Below are positions 11,925 through 25,700 of a DNA stretch of 64,000 nucleotides, piece after piece. Source of the DNA: Magallana gigas (taxonomy: Eukaryota). Position numbers and translations under genes: made by a program. Position 1 is the stretch's first letter; each line of letters opens with the position of its first letter. The notes under the pieces were generated by a model. The model ran no database searches. It was not told the origin of the DNA and was given only the letters and a program-made list of their open reading frames with translations. Location of the stretch: positions 59,024,001 to 59,088,000 of the forward strand of contig NC_088854.1 of NCBI RefSeq assembly GCF_963853765.1, read 5' to 3'.

Positions 11925-14640
11925 CAATGTTTACTGGCGAAGTACATATACATCTCAACAACAGATTTTGAGAAACCTCAAAAGTGAGAGAGGATGGTTT
12001 GGAGGATGGCACAGCATTGAATACCTTTGACAAACTTATTCACACAATTGGTAAAGATATATTCGGCATTAGAAGAAGCAAGAACAAAAGGCTTAATTAC
12101 AGAGGCAACAGTAGGAAAGAGAATATCCAGGAGTACAAAGACAACTCAACAAGCAGTTCAAAATGGCGTCAGAGGAGACGACGGGGATAGCGCTGTTGGC
12201 TGACAATGTAGGATCGGAGATGGCAACGTTAAAACGGGCAGAAAGAATAAGGAAGATAAATAGACGGAGGAAAAAAGAAAGATACCAAAATCATTCAGAT
12301 TCACAGAGAAGCTGATAGAAATTGATTGATCATTCTATTTGAATTACACAAAGGAAGAAGGCGAGCAGTACCAGAAGAAAACCCATTTTGACCCAGAACG
12401 GAACAAAGATCTAGGGTCGCGCCCAAGAAAGTTGAGGTTGAACTTCCAGAATCAGAATTAGACTGTGAAGAGCCATCGTAGAAGAAAATTGCATCTGTTA
12501 TCAAGAAAAATAAGACTCGCTCATGGTCAGCTCATGGTCCCAACGGGCTGACAAACAAAATATAAAACGTGTTCCAAAAATACGGTGTTTCAAGAAACTG
12601 TGGGCATTGTACACAGTCATCTGGAATAAAGTAACGATGTTGGAAGGGGGGGGGGGCTAATAAATAGTTTGTGCCAAAGGGAAACAATCTCTAGAACACT
12701 TGCTATATATCATTTTAATGTTGAAGGAAGGATATTCCCTGCATTGTAAGCAAACAGGGCGTCAAACGACATGGTAAGGAATAAAGATAAACACGTTTAT
12801 TTCGATGCTGGAGATCCAGGGCTTTTCGAGATGTCTTCAACACACCAGTCTTATTTCATTGGCGAGGCAAGGAGGGCCAAAATGAACCACTGTGGTCTGG
12901 CTTGACCAAGTTAATGCATATGATTCAATGCTGCACGAGCTAATATAGGTGGCGATGAACACATACCATGTACCACTGCATGAGAAGAAGATTGTCGGCG
13001 ACTACTACTATGGAATTGAAATAGGATATACGTTTGGGAAGTTTACGGCAGGAGGGCAACAACTGGAAAAGGGGATTGCGACAAGCTGCACAAATCCACA
13101 AATATTTGTGATGGGAATAAGCTTGATGGCGACAGCTATAGAAAGAAAAACAAGAGGACCAAAGAAGAAGTCCGATAAAAGGCTTCATGGACGACCTTGC
13201 AGTGACCACCACTAAAGATGTACAAACTAGGTGGGTCTTTTCTTTACCAGAGGGAATTGTAACATTGGCATGCATGAAGTTTAAAGCAAAGTAGTCAAGA
13301 TTTTTGGTAGTGGGGACAAGACAGATCAGCAATCGTTTCAAGATGAAGGGCAAAGAAGAAGAAATTTCATCACTTGTCGACAACCCAATAAAATGCATAG
13401 GAAAATAATTGGACGATTTGCTGTCAGAAACCAATGAATGGTGACAAACATGGCCGAAGAAAGTAGACAAGAGCGTCCTTCCAAGGAGTACAAAGATTCG
13501 ATGGAAGCATGGAATTCTGCCGAGATTGATGAGGTAGCTGATTAATTATGAGGTGGCGATGACAGAGATAAAAAGTTTGGAAGGGGTAGTAAACTGGTGC
13601 ATATGCAGATGGATAGGTGTTCCAACAAGCTTTACTTCAATTGGACTCTACAGCAAAACGGCCTAACAACAGTTACCTTTATCATCAATTATTGAAAAGT
13701 TCAAGGTTGCAAAGACGCAGAAGTTCTGACAAGGTCGGACAGTTAATAATCTGTAACAACAGTAGACCAAGATTGCAATTGTTTGGAATTTAGTGACATA
13801 CTCGCAACACGTGCACGGACAGCAGAGCATGATGGCAAGACAGATAGAATGAGCTCAGTGCAAGGAGAGGTAGGAAGATACGCTAATTAAGTCAAAAGGT
13901 CAAAGGCTGTAGAACTCTGCAAACAGTGAACCTAGTTGTAACAGTAGCTTCCACAATGCAACATTTTATGGTCGGAGCTATGGAAGAAGAATCAATGCAA
14001 GATTGCGTCTCTGTGATTATTGCAGATTCACAAGCCATTCTAAAACAATGGGTACTAATTGGATATCGGCAGGTGGCATCCACTTTATCAAGGAGGATGT
14101 GAAACTAGAAATTAAGATGAGCAACCCATCAGTATTCGATACAGGAGGAAACTGGGAGTTGAGAATATACAAAGACAAAAGCTTGCCTTCCAAAGCTATG
14201 AAGGAACAACTCTGCGACCTGACACGGTGCTTTGGTCTAAACATATACAAACGATAGATGCCATAGAGATGACTTTGACGAGGCGCACCAGAGAAAGAAC
14301 GGGGACACATAAACCTTATCAGACTGCAGATAGAAGGGTTGTTAGGCTCTCTTGTTCCCTTTGGATGTAGGATGTAGAAGCTTCCAGCTTTGTCAGTTTA
14401 GTTTCTGTTCAGGAGCGAAGCTAGGAATGAAGCCGACAGATCGTAGGGCTGCAGTACAACAGCAATCAAAGGAAGCAGGGAAGTCACTCTATTAGTTATT
14501 GCGCTTACGAGTCTAATCAAGCTGGATGCCTGGAACCAACCCAGTAGCTGGCCATCATTGATGACCCACCATCAGCTTTAGTCTGACTTAAGGATAAAAC
14601 GTTTCCGTCCCTTTTACTCGGATACACATGTCTATCTAAG
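11925..14640 (+). mobile_element. Decayed HERO-clade-like (R2/RLE superfamily) non-LTR retrotransposon: RT plus restriction-like endonuclease, many stops and frameshifts
   Basis: Frame-hopping translation gives SAHGPNGL (~12528), KKLWALYTVIWNK, FVPK, NVEGRIF, TVVWLDQVNAYDS (~12890), QQLEKGI, RT motif IKGFMDDL (FMDD 13184-13195), MKFKAK*SR, DNPIKCIGK, HGILPRL, RWIGVPTSFTSIGLYSKT, RLE motif TTLRPDTVLWS (~14210) and FPLDVGCRSF (~14360). Boundaries are approximate. Confidence 0.85.
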
Positions 14641-14954
14641 AAGTAGAATTGAAACCGATGAACGTTAAAAATGAATAAATGTCATCTCTTTTCACTCGAC
14701 GATATTCACAGAAAGAAATAAAATTGTAAAATAGACATTGTTTTCCATGAAAAAGTCTTGAAGCACATCACACATGATTATTTTTATCATCCGAGTTACT
14801 TTCATGTTGTTGGGCAAATCACCGAGACAGAGTCTTTATTCATAGTCGTGTATCAAAACCTGACAAGCAAGAATGGGTAGAAATCTTAGGTTTTATCCCT
14901 TCTAGTGAAAAAAAAGTTTAAATAAACACTTTAAAGTACATGTGCATGTATTTT

Positions 14955-16631
14955 ATGATAAATGGCCATTGTAAGTAAATGTGCTGCATAAATATCGTTA
15001 TCTTGGAGCAGAGCTTATTGTTAAGTAATGAACAGGTACAAGTTTATTTGAATTTCATTGCTTCTTTAAACAGCTGTCATTGGTATAACCTTGTTATTTG
15101 GGGTGGAGCCCTGGGTTAATGACTATGACAGACCTTTCACATTCACGTGCCCCCAACATCACTCTATCAACAGGGTGATTAGTCGCCATTTCGACGCAGC
15201 GGAAGATCGCATTTTTGACTTCAAATGCAGCAAGTACACGTCTGCCCCCGAAAGGGAAAGCTGTTCTTGGTCTGGTAAGCTTCTGTATTAAATATATTAC
15301 CAAAACAATAACGCAATTGTCAAAAGAACAGCCGACAGCCATTTGATTATCTGAACGAAAATAGTTAAGGGAAAAAGATCGAGTTTAGGCATTAAATAAA
15401 AAGCCCCTCATAGCTTAGGCACTTACTCAGTGCGTAAGGCAAAAAAAGAAAATTTCCCTTAAAAGGTGCAATGTGGTTTTGAAATGATAAGATATATGAT
15501 AATAATTATTTACTAAACACTTTACTATTATTTGTTTTAGAATTCTTATTTTTCAACCACATACCCTACTTGAGCAGATATGCGTTGCGTAGACAAAGCG
15601 ATTTACACGATAGCTCCGCAGAAACGCACACATACTTTTTATTTTCATGTCATATATCACACAGCGTACTGGGGGCAAGCAATGATAATTTTATGAATAT
15701 ATAATCTGCGAGATTTATATTCAATGTTTCGGGGGGTTTTTTTTTGTATCTTTGTGTAGATTACGTGAATAATTTTTTTTGTGTAGATTACGTGAATGAT
15801 TTTGACAAACCAGTCGTGTTCCAGTGTCCCAATGGCGGTGTTATGGATGGCGTCCATAGTTACCATGACAACGAAGCAGAGGACAGGCGCTTCCGTTTCT
15901 ACTGTTGCGAAAAACCAGGTTATGTTCAGAAACAGTCTTTCAGTTTCAATCTTTACCAGTTACGATTGAAGATTGAGCATTAGCCGGCTTTTGGGGTCCG
16001 TGGACCCTCTTCATAATGACTCAACGTGTCTATACACTAGTCTTTTATAATGCTATTTCATGAAGACGTTTCCGATACACATCAGATGAGCCGGTATATC
16101 TCTACTTTGAGTACTTTGAGTACTTTGATTTTTACATTACAGGAATGTGTCTGTACAATTGTTTCTACAGTGGCTGGGTCAATAGTTACGATGGATACTT
16201 TGACTACACCGTTCCGCCTGGTCACGTGATGCGGGGGTGGACAAGTATCCATGACAATGGAGCAGAGTATGTAGTTAAGCTTTTGTGAAGAAGTTTTACT
16301 TCTGGAAAATTATTAGGAAAATATTATGAAGACATGATTTACTAGTATTTTACCTATTTAGGGATGTTTTGCACATAATTATGTATAACCTTTTACAGAG
16401 ATAGGATTTTTAATTTCGAAGTCTGTCTTATTAAGATCTGCATTAATACGTAAGTATATTGTTAATTTCTTGATTTATTGATCTTATGTCCTGAAGTTTC
16501 ACTTTATGCCGTTCAGCCTTGTCTTTCACGGGATGCAGCGACTCAGCTGTTTCTGTTCCTGTTGCAGGGGTCTTGTCGGAGAGCTGATAGGGAAAAGAGC
16601 GGCAAACAACACGAATGGACGTCACAATTGA
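14955..16631 (+). CDS. Dermatopontin / hemagglutinin-amebocyte aggregation factor-like protein, copy A (about 195 aa)
   Basis: Exons 15074-15274, 15787-15918, 16143-16266, 16399-16449, 16568-16631. Exon 1 is tentative at 14955-14970 (16 nt plus GTAAGT, matching the 16-nt phase-1 first exon of all paralogues). Three WVN/YVN...EDRxFxF repeats and 10 Cys. Confidence 0.85.
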
Positions 16632-17204
16632 ATATCAGTCATTGTATGACTAACTTTAACCTTAAAATACAAATACACACACACAACCACTACAAGACTG
16701 TTCATTCATGTCTCTTCTAAATCTTAACAAACAAGTTAGCCAATGGTTTGCAATCGTTTGAAAGACTGACCGGGGGGGGGGGGGGGTGGCAAAGTTAACT
16801 CAAAGTCGATTTGTTAACCCGAAGTGACAGAGGTAGCGGTTATTTACATTTAAGTGAATGTATTATTACTTTGGCACAGGAGAATATCAACATATAGAAA
16901 ATAATGTGATGGATACGGAAAATTGTACAGATAATTTATTTAATTTATTTAATATATGATTACAGTTGATTAACGTTTATCAACATTTTCTTTACCCTTT
17001 TCCCTCATTATGGCTGTTGTGTGATGCATTGATGGGGCAGAGATTACGACATTTCTTTCCTCTTCCCCGACAACAATTAATCAGTTAAATAGAAAGTTAT
17101 CATGTCAAAGGAATTACCACATGTAAAGATGTCGGAGGTCGCGGGGAAATGTCAGTTTGGTGTGTCTATCAAACCAACGGAGACAATTGTATATGCATTA
17201 TGGG

Positions 17205-17422
17205 TACTGTAAACCAATTTTTATTCGCGGCGACTTTATTTCGTGATTTACTTCCGATGAACTGGTTCGCGACGACTAATGTTCGCGACCAAGATCCAGG
17301 CCCGTGTTGTTATAACAATTATATAACAAGGTCCGGTTCGCGGCGAGAAATATTCGCGAAGACGAGGTTCTCGCTAACCTTACAAAAATTTCTCACAAGC
17401 GAATTATAGTTGATCAACAAGA
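17205..17422 (+). mobile_element. Degenerate MITE beginning TACTGTAAACCAA with repeated TTCGCG motifs
   Basis: Left end TACTGTAAACCAATTTTTATTCGCG; eroded right end GCGAATTATAGTTGATC; CpG-rich relative to the flanks. Confidence 0.45.
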
Positions 17423-17452
17423 TTCAACGATTATTAGTATCATGGCCTTTGG

Positions 17453-17608
17453 CACCGTGGGGTATATACGTGTATTTGTAAAGGAAAAACTCACCGTGGG
17501 GTATATACATGTATTTGTAAAGGAAAAACTCACCGTGGGGTATATACATGTATTTGTAAAGGAAAAACTCACCGTGGGGTATATACATGTATTTGTAAAG
17601 GAAAAACT
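17453..17608 (+). repeat. 39-bp tandem repeat x4 (CACCGTGGGGTATATACATGTATTTGTAAAGGAAAAACT)
   Basis: Four near-identical units; explains ORFs 17414-17617(-) and 17442-17678(+). Confidence 0.97.
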
Positions 17609-17827
17609 CAGCAACAAACGGAAAGCTATTGATGATATTTACCTTCTAGCCCTTTGCTCTGAATTATCTGTGATATAGCAGTTTTGGAGTTTTGTCTCAA
17701 CAACACCTTGACATAAACTCAATGAATTCGTTCGTTGGCCGTTTGGGTACCATTCTATACCAAGTATTAAGTAATTCTGACAGTCGAAATACTAATGTAC
17801 GGACAGTGATACTTTCTTCATGTTTCA

Positions 17828-18025
17828 AGAGTTTGAATTGAGTCGTGACAAATTACATGTAGTATATATATATCAAAAGGGTTGTCTGGGTGTTCGGCTT
17901 GTCATCTGCCCACGTCGTGTCAAAACGAGGCTGTTGCGTTAAATACTGTTACATATTTACCAATACAGTGTAGTTTCCTAGCTTTCTTAGTTCCGTTCCC
18001 TTGTTGCTTCCTGTACTTTCTGCAA
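17828..18025 (+). pseudogene. Probable degenerate relic of the trehalase terminal exon (copy 1)
   Basis: GTCATCTGCCCACGTCGTGTCAAAACGAGGCTGTT resembles trehalase exon 13 GTCATCCGCCCACGCCGCCTCCAGAACGAGGCTGTT; scattered upstream matches (GAGTCGTG, GGTTxTCxG). Confidence 0.5.
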
Positions 18026-18253
18026 TAAAACAATATTGAAATATTTCAATGATTGTTACGAAATGTTTTGGCTACCTTTACTGCACTGTACACTTGAAAT
18101 CTTGTTATAGAAATACTAAAATGCAGGTGTATTATATGTATAAAAATCACACTTGACAATTTTAACGTTCTCGTGACAGGTTTAGATAATTCTATATCTG
18201 TTCAAAGTGTAATACTTCTTATCAGATTAACAAGCTCCTAACTGTTCGGAGAC

Positions 18254-19533
18254 ATGCTGTTGTTCGCAGGTATTTTCGTTTGTTTCAGTAAAGTAAAATT
18301 TCGACATATTCCGGGGTTATTGCATATTTCCTTATATCTTAGTACGTAACAGTTCTGTAGAAGTACCGATAGAATCATTAGTATCAAGTCCTCCAATTAC
18401 AGCTCTCCTTCACCTGCTGGTGTGCGTGCATTCATGGGTCAATGATTACGACCACCCTTTCACTTTCACTTGTCCTCAACACCAATCCATTCAGCGGGTA
18501 GTCAGTCACCATGACAACCACAGAGAGGACCGAGTGTTCGATTTTACGTGTAGTAACTATGAGGATTCAAAATTTGATAGCTGCTATTGGACAGGTATAT
18601 CCGTCAGTATCAGCTGTATATGTCAACAGTTTAATCTTTGATGGAACAGGCAATAAGATTTTGGTATTTATGCTCTTTGTTTAGAGTACGTGAATGACTT
18701 TGACCAACCTGTAATATTTCAATGCCCTCACGGAGGTGTGTTAAACGGGGTCAGCAGTTACCATGACAACCACAAAGAGGATAGACGCTTCAGATTCTAC
18801 TGCTGTGAAAGTCCAGGTTCTAGAACTTATAGATGTCAACAGCATTGAAAATTATTTGTTATTGTCAACGTTTAACGTTCTAAAAATGCTCTGCCAATAT
18901 TCAAGCTTAAAACTAAAGCCTCGCATCTTTCTGTGAAATGAACCTGCTGTAGTATATCTCTTAAATTTATGATTATCCCTGAAGCAAGACCCTTTATCTA
19001 TTATTTCTTTTGATTTTTAAAACTCTAAATTGCATTCTGCCAGTTCGGTTGACATAAGAACTCAAAATTCATTGATTAGCCTTGTTTTGCATTAATGTTC
19101 AAAGAATCACTATTTCAATATGTGTTTGTTTTAAACATTTTCCCTTCACGTTAGGGAATTGTCTCTTCAATTGCTACTACTCTGGGCTGGTCAACCAATA
19201 CGATGGCGACTTGGACTATACAGTACCAGACGGTCACGTGATGCGAGGCTGGACAAGCGTCCATGACAACCATCACGAGTATGTATGTCCAGAACGAGGC
19301 TGTAATTGGTTTAACTGACATGAAGGCAGCCTACAGAAACTTTTGTATACATGTTTTGTAGGGACAGAGTATTTGATTTTGATGTCTGTCGTATGCAGCA
19401 GTGCTTGGATACGTAAGTTCAAGCTTAGAGTCATATATTGATATACGGTAATATGGCCTTGTTTTATGCATTAATACACCACCTTTTGGGTTTTTACAGG
19501 GGAAATCCTGGAGAAACAGTTATTGGAAAATGA
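18254..19533 (+). CDS. Dermatopontin/HAAF-like protein, copy B1 (182 aa, His-rich loops)
   Basis: Exons 18254-18269, 18403-18594, 18685-18816, 19155-19278, 19362-19412, 19500-19533; open frame MLLFAALLHLLVCVHS-WVNDYDHPF...GNPGETVIGK*. Confidence 0.93.
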
Positions 19534-19773
19534 TGCTTTTTGGAAATAAAATTCATTTGCTCCATAGTCTTTTTATCTTTTATCCTACTTATATCTAGTA
19601 GTCTTTGAGTGTGGGTGTGTGGGGGTCAAGATTACTCTGTTCTTGTTCCATTACTGGGTTTATTCGGCCATATTTATGTCATAAGTTCAAATGATAATGT
19701 CTTCTATTTGCCCTAAAGTTGTACACAGTATTTAAGAAAAAACACCCTATCGCCGTTATCAGTAGACACGACC

Positions 19774-22700
19774 ATGCTGGAAGTCAGAGGTAAGTCTCTC
19801 ACTCATTGTGGACAGTGACCATAATTATGACGCGTGTAAATCCATCGCCTCTTTATACAGTTGTCGTCGCCTTATCCCTGTTCCTTGGGGTGGAGTCCTG
19901 GGTCAATGACTATGACAAACCTTTCACATTCACGTGCCCCTCACATCAGTCAATCAACCGGGTGGTAAGTCACCATGACAACGGGCCAGAGGATCGCAAG
20001 TTCGACTTCCAGTGCACTAAATACACTGAAGGAACGGAAAGTTGTTTCTGGTCAGGTATGCTTCGTTACTCGAAAATGTTTGACGGTAATTTAATCAAAT
20101 TAGAAAATACCGGTAATTATGGACAGTAACATTCATCTCATCCCTAAGGGTAAACAGACATAAGGTGTTCTATGTATAAAGACCACATTTTGTATCTATA
20201 TAATAAATGAATGGTCTGATACACCTACATGTAACCATGATATCATTTTGAAGGTGTTATTAAATAATCAAAGTACTGAAGTACTGACCGGAGTTGATTT
20301 TATCGATTATCATTTATTCAGAATCAACGATATGTGATTTTGCATAGCAAGAAGTATAAGTAATCGAAATATTTCTGAGAAATTGTATGGATCCAGGCAA
20401 GATTGAACTCTTGTCTTGTTCAACCAAACGCTCGGCTGTCTCCGTTTATCTCCGACAAGCAAGAGAAACTCTGTTTTGTCGGATATTAACGGAGACAGCC
20501 AAGCGTCTGGTTGAACGAGACAACATTGAACTCTAGCGTAGAAATACATACGACTTTTAAAAATATCTAAACTGTTTGTACAATTTAAAATCTTACTTTT
20601 TTGCATGGTATTAATAAATAAGTTTTTAAAAAAAAAAAAAAAAAACAATGCTTCAGAATACATAGCATCCAATTTATCGATTATATTCAAGAACTAAGTC
20701 TTCTGACGTCAGCGGTGATGATTTGTGCTTAGGTCCAAACACTGTTTCACTTTTGCTTTGCCCGAGTAAGTGCATAGGAGAGTTGATTAAAACCAACTCC
20801 CAAAAATGCTCCACCAAAGGAATTTTCAAAATTTTGATTACAGTCCAATTAAATGAACTTTACATTCATGTATATGTGCAACACATGTATTAAGGTGTCT
20901 CACTACTTCAAGACTTATATTTTAAAGACACAACGACATAAGATAGCGATTCAAGTGTTTTGTTAAACTGTTTGAACCATTCCAATTATTTGTCAATCAT
21001 CATAGCTCAGTCATTTAAGTATCGGTCTTATGAACTGCAGATCCGTTTTCTTAACTCACTAAATATAGCTTAATTCATATATTTTAAGACAGTTACCATG
21101 TATTTTATATTAATGACCCTTAATATGTGATGTTATATATTTATTTATTACTAAAACATATCTGAATGTTTTAATATTACTATAGAGATCACCATTACCG
21201 CCTTTGTCAAATAAAAAATAACCATTACTTGACAAATCTGGGAAATTAGGCATACAAAAAACAACTTTGATAAGACCCCTGGAACAAACCAGGAGGTAAA
21301 AGGTTTTTTTTAATTTGACCATTTGATGCCTTTTGGCAATAACTTCAATATGTAGAACAAAAAAAAAAAAGAAATCCCTAAGGCAGAAGTTTTTTAAAAA
21401 TGTAAAAAAAATGTGCAAAATTGATACATTTTAAGCAAAATCCCATAGGGTCCTATGTTAAAAATTAACAAACTTTGAGATGACCCCTTAAACAAACGGT
21501 GTGGTAAATGTCTTACTTTTTAATCTTAAAATAAAAATTATATCAGTAGAAATTCATGTAAAAAATTTCATTCAAAAATTTAGGGCAGAACAAATTAGAC
21601 CCGGTGTAACGAAGAATTTTGACCCGGGTTGAAAATTGACCCGGGGGTCATTTTTCCACGTTGAATAATGAGACGAAAGGTGTTGAATAAAGACCCTAAT
21701 TCGTTGAAAATTGACCCGCATCGTGGAATTTTGATCATGAAACCGGTTCAAAATTCAACAGCAAAGAAGCACAAAATAGGGAATCAATATCATTACTTGA
21801 TTTTATTTAATTAAAAATTATCAGTTTATACATATTTATTCTTTATATTTATATGTTTCAAGGGGGGGGGGGGGTTTAAAATGAAACTTTATAAATGAAT
21901 ATTTTTTAATTTACATATTATCCCTTTAAATATGTAATGACTATTTTATTCATAATAAACTTTTCGCGTATAATTGCTGTTTTGTGTGATATCTATATAT
22001 TTCTTTAAAAAATATACGTTTTTTAAGAATATTTGCATATGTCACAGGATGAATTATTTTAGTTAATTGGTATTCATATTTGCGTTCACTTATTTCAACA
22101 TTTCATGTTTTCATTTCCCATTCTTCATTTGTTTACATTCACACCGCTTAATTCATTCATACAATCATTCATAGTATGATAGTAGTACGAGAGGTCACGT
22201 GGTTACGTTTGGCGGGCTGATCAGTGAATGAATGAGTGTGTTAGACTGGTTTTTCGGGTTTAAGTGAGTGAGTGCGCATGTCCGTTTGCATTATCGAATT
22301 TTTAGCACGAACTTTGATTTAATATCACGACGCCACCCAAGACAGACGGTTGAATTATTAAGCTTCATAGCTTGTCAACCCGACTATTATCTTAGTTCAT
22401 ATTGCTGTTATACTTGGTGAGTTATTAATCAAATATGTGTAATTTAAATATTATTTAACTAAACATGAATTTAATGAGTGAATGTAGAGAATGAGAGTGT
22501 TTTAGTAATATCATAATTGTATATGATTATAGATCACCTAGCTGTACTTGTGGAAACCATTTATTCGATATACAAATACAACAATAAATATTCAGCGTCA
22601 TTTCCACAAAAAGCCTTGGAGTTCTTAATTGTTCCCAAATGTAGCCAAGGATATCATATATCAGCTACCCCTTGACATATACATAATTACACGTTAAAAT

Positions 22701-25700
22701 ATTCAATGCAGTTAAACTCATTTTTTTTAAATTCGCTGGAGAAGTGTACAAATGTAAATATTTTAAAATTACAATACATCATATTGTTTAATTTTGGTTT
22801 TACGTTCACCCAGTAAATTGAAACTTTGATATTGTTCATTGTATATTTTCTGGGTGTGTGCAAATACAAAATTTAGAGTATGTCATATTGAGATTTTTGT
22901 GCTCGCACCCACTCAGTTTTTTAAAACTGATTTTCTGAATTTTGTATTCACACCTATCTAGCCAATAACAGTGTACAAAATGATGATATGCTAACATGTA
23001 CTCTTTCGTGAATAATGCTGTAGTAACTATATATTGAAAGCCTTTTTTTTTTAATTCTATTTGTTACGTAGTTACTAGGGTAACTAAATATCATTAAATC
23101 GCTGATTTTTTTTTAGCCATAAACAATTCTGCTTCATGAAATTTGTAGCAAGTTAGCAACCTAATTTTTGTACAGGATGACAATAAAATAATTTTGCTTT
23201 AATAGTTTCTAAATTGCTCTGATTACAAAAATTTATCATAAATACTAACAGTAATTGTTTTCGTCGATAAATAGGTAAATTCCATTTTTTGAATAGAAAT
23301 ATGTAGAAGAAGATCATACAGCAGCGTTGGAGTAGATGGTTGACCTTCCTATCACAGCCACCTACATTATTAATTCAATTTAAACGTGTTTTATTGAACG
23401 GAATGTTCAAATTATTGAATGGATTGGATAAGAGTCATAGCCTATGTAAACCCTTTCAAATATACAAAGTCAAGAAGAAATTATCTATAGTCATAAGAAT
23501 ATAGTATTACAAGTTTATAGAATATTATTGATATTATGTGCATATAAGACAGGTGATACTTGAATATTAAATAATTATCTGAATATTTATCATGTATGAT
23601 TGTATGACATATTGTTGGTAAACATGTTGACTCACACCTACATTAACAAACCTATCACCTTCATTTATACCTGCAGGGATACAAACATAAGAATGACATT
23701 TTCATGATCCAGCCCATTTGAAAAGAACAGTAAATAAAAGGGGACTATATATTAAGTAAATATACATGTATAATACTTAAATAGGTTTAAACCGTGTAAC
23801 CTAAGAGAATAAAAAACGCTTTGGAGCTCTAATATAAATATAAACATGGGAAAATTTTTTACAATTTTATCTATATGAAAAATCAGAACTACCATATACT
23901 ATATATTTCATATAAAAAGTACACTAATGTCAATAAGTTGTTTAAAAAGTTCGTTTCTTTGTTGAGTATATCTTGGATATCCAGGGGGGAAAAATCACTT
24001 TTCCTTCAGATTCAGACCTACACTATAAACATCGACTCCCATCAGTTAAAAAAATCCTTAAAGTAAGCTTTACTAGCTTTATTCCTTAAATGACGTAAAA
24101 TAATATTTTCTATTGCCTTAACTGTTCAGTTAGAAAATATGATTGAATTCAATCTAACATATCTTGTAGTGCTAAACCATTTATAATCTTAGAGAATATA
24201 ATTAGTTTATGTTTATCCCTTCGAGATTGTAAGGTTTCCAAATTCAGCTCACAATATAAAATGATTTTAGAAGAATTAACTCTGATCCCTGTCACTGTCC
24301 TGGTTCCTTCAATCTGTACATGTTTAAGCAAATCGGATTTTCCTTGATACAGCTGCTCCAAACAACATCACCATATTCCAGTCTAGGTCTGATAAAAGCC
24401 GAATTTTAACAAGTGTTTATCTATCAATTGTATGCTTGAGTAATCTTAATATATTCAACTTTTTGCATGCCTTTTCATGTATACCATTAATATAATTAGA
24501 TCAACCATCCTACTTTTTACAAAAAATTGATAACATTTTTGCTGTATGCTATATGTTTTTAATTTTGAGGAAATATATTACCTCAGTTGCCTTTGTTTTA
24601 ATTTACTGGTACATTTTGTAATTAATGGAATTGAAAACTCAAAATGATAGTTCTAAATAAATTGCATTATTTAAAAAGAACTATGACTCTGCATATGCAG
24701 AAAATTGGATGGTGCTTCAATAAAGGTAATCCGACAAGTTTATGAAAAATTATTGTTAAGTATATATGTATAATACAGTATACATAAAAAAAGATAAAAA
24801 TATGACAACCATTCATTTATTTTTTTGTCAGGGATGCTGACTTCTCCAAATTAAGCATAGGTATCGGACATTATATCCTTTTGTCTTGATATAAATATAT
24901 ATACCCTTTACCCAATCAAACAGTATAGAGGTTATATTTTCAATTATTACAAAATACAACGCCAGGTGCTTGTCGAATAGAGCTCTGTTGAATTACCTTA
25001 AAAGTGACAATAACGGGCAATACATTTGTTAGATATATTTATCAGAGATTATGACAAGTTGAAACTTAAAATTCTGTCACATGAGGGAAAGAAAACCATG
25101 TCATCTATGTCAAAAAGTATTCTAGCCCTACTCGCCTGTTCCATTCCGAAGCAAACTGTCATTTTCTTAGCGTTATTTACATAGTATAGTAATAATATGT
25201 CGCAGTTGTCATATAAAAGTTTCATATTTTGCATATTTATATTTGGCGCGCATTGCCAATGGAGCGTGTATGAGAGATGAATGAGTGAACGTATGAATGA
25301 GTTTTGGGTTAGTCACGTGAGGATTTTGTTTACAGGTGTATGTTGACCACGTATTTATTCTTTACTACTATATTACAGCTGACCAATAGCAAAAATCCCG
25401 CCAATTCCCCAACCCCCACGACTTTTACCTTCATGGTAGACACAGTGAAGTGTATCTTTACCTTACCTGTACAAGATATTTTATATATTTTGTTAACTCA
25501 TAGTTCTGGATACCTGGTAAGCTTCCGTTTACCTTGTAATTGAAATATATTAATTGTAAATTACTTTTAATTCATTTTATTCAAATATTTTAAATTACCG
25601 TGCGATGTTGCGTATGAATTGTGAGTGTGAGTGTGTTTGTACTTATAGGTTTTATTTGATAATATACAATCCTCGAAATAAAGAACCAGTGAATACATGT

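Noticed and set aside
12940-14310. Minus-strand ORFs (176 aa, 97 aa) in the 12-14.6 kb region
   Set aside because: Antisense to the decayed retrotransposon, whose motifs are all on the plus strand.
17414-17678. Repetitive ORFs on both strands
   Set aside because: Products of the 39-bp tandem repeat.
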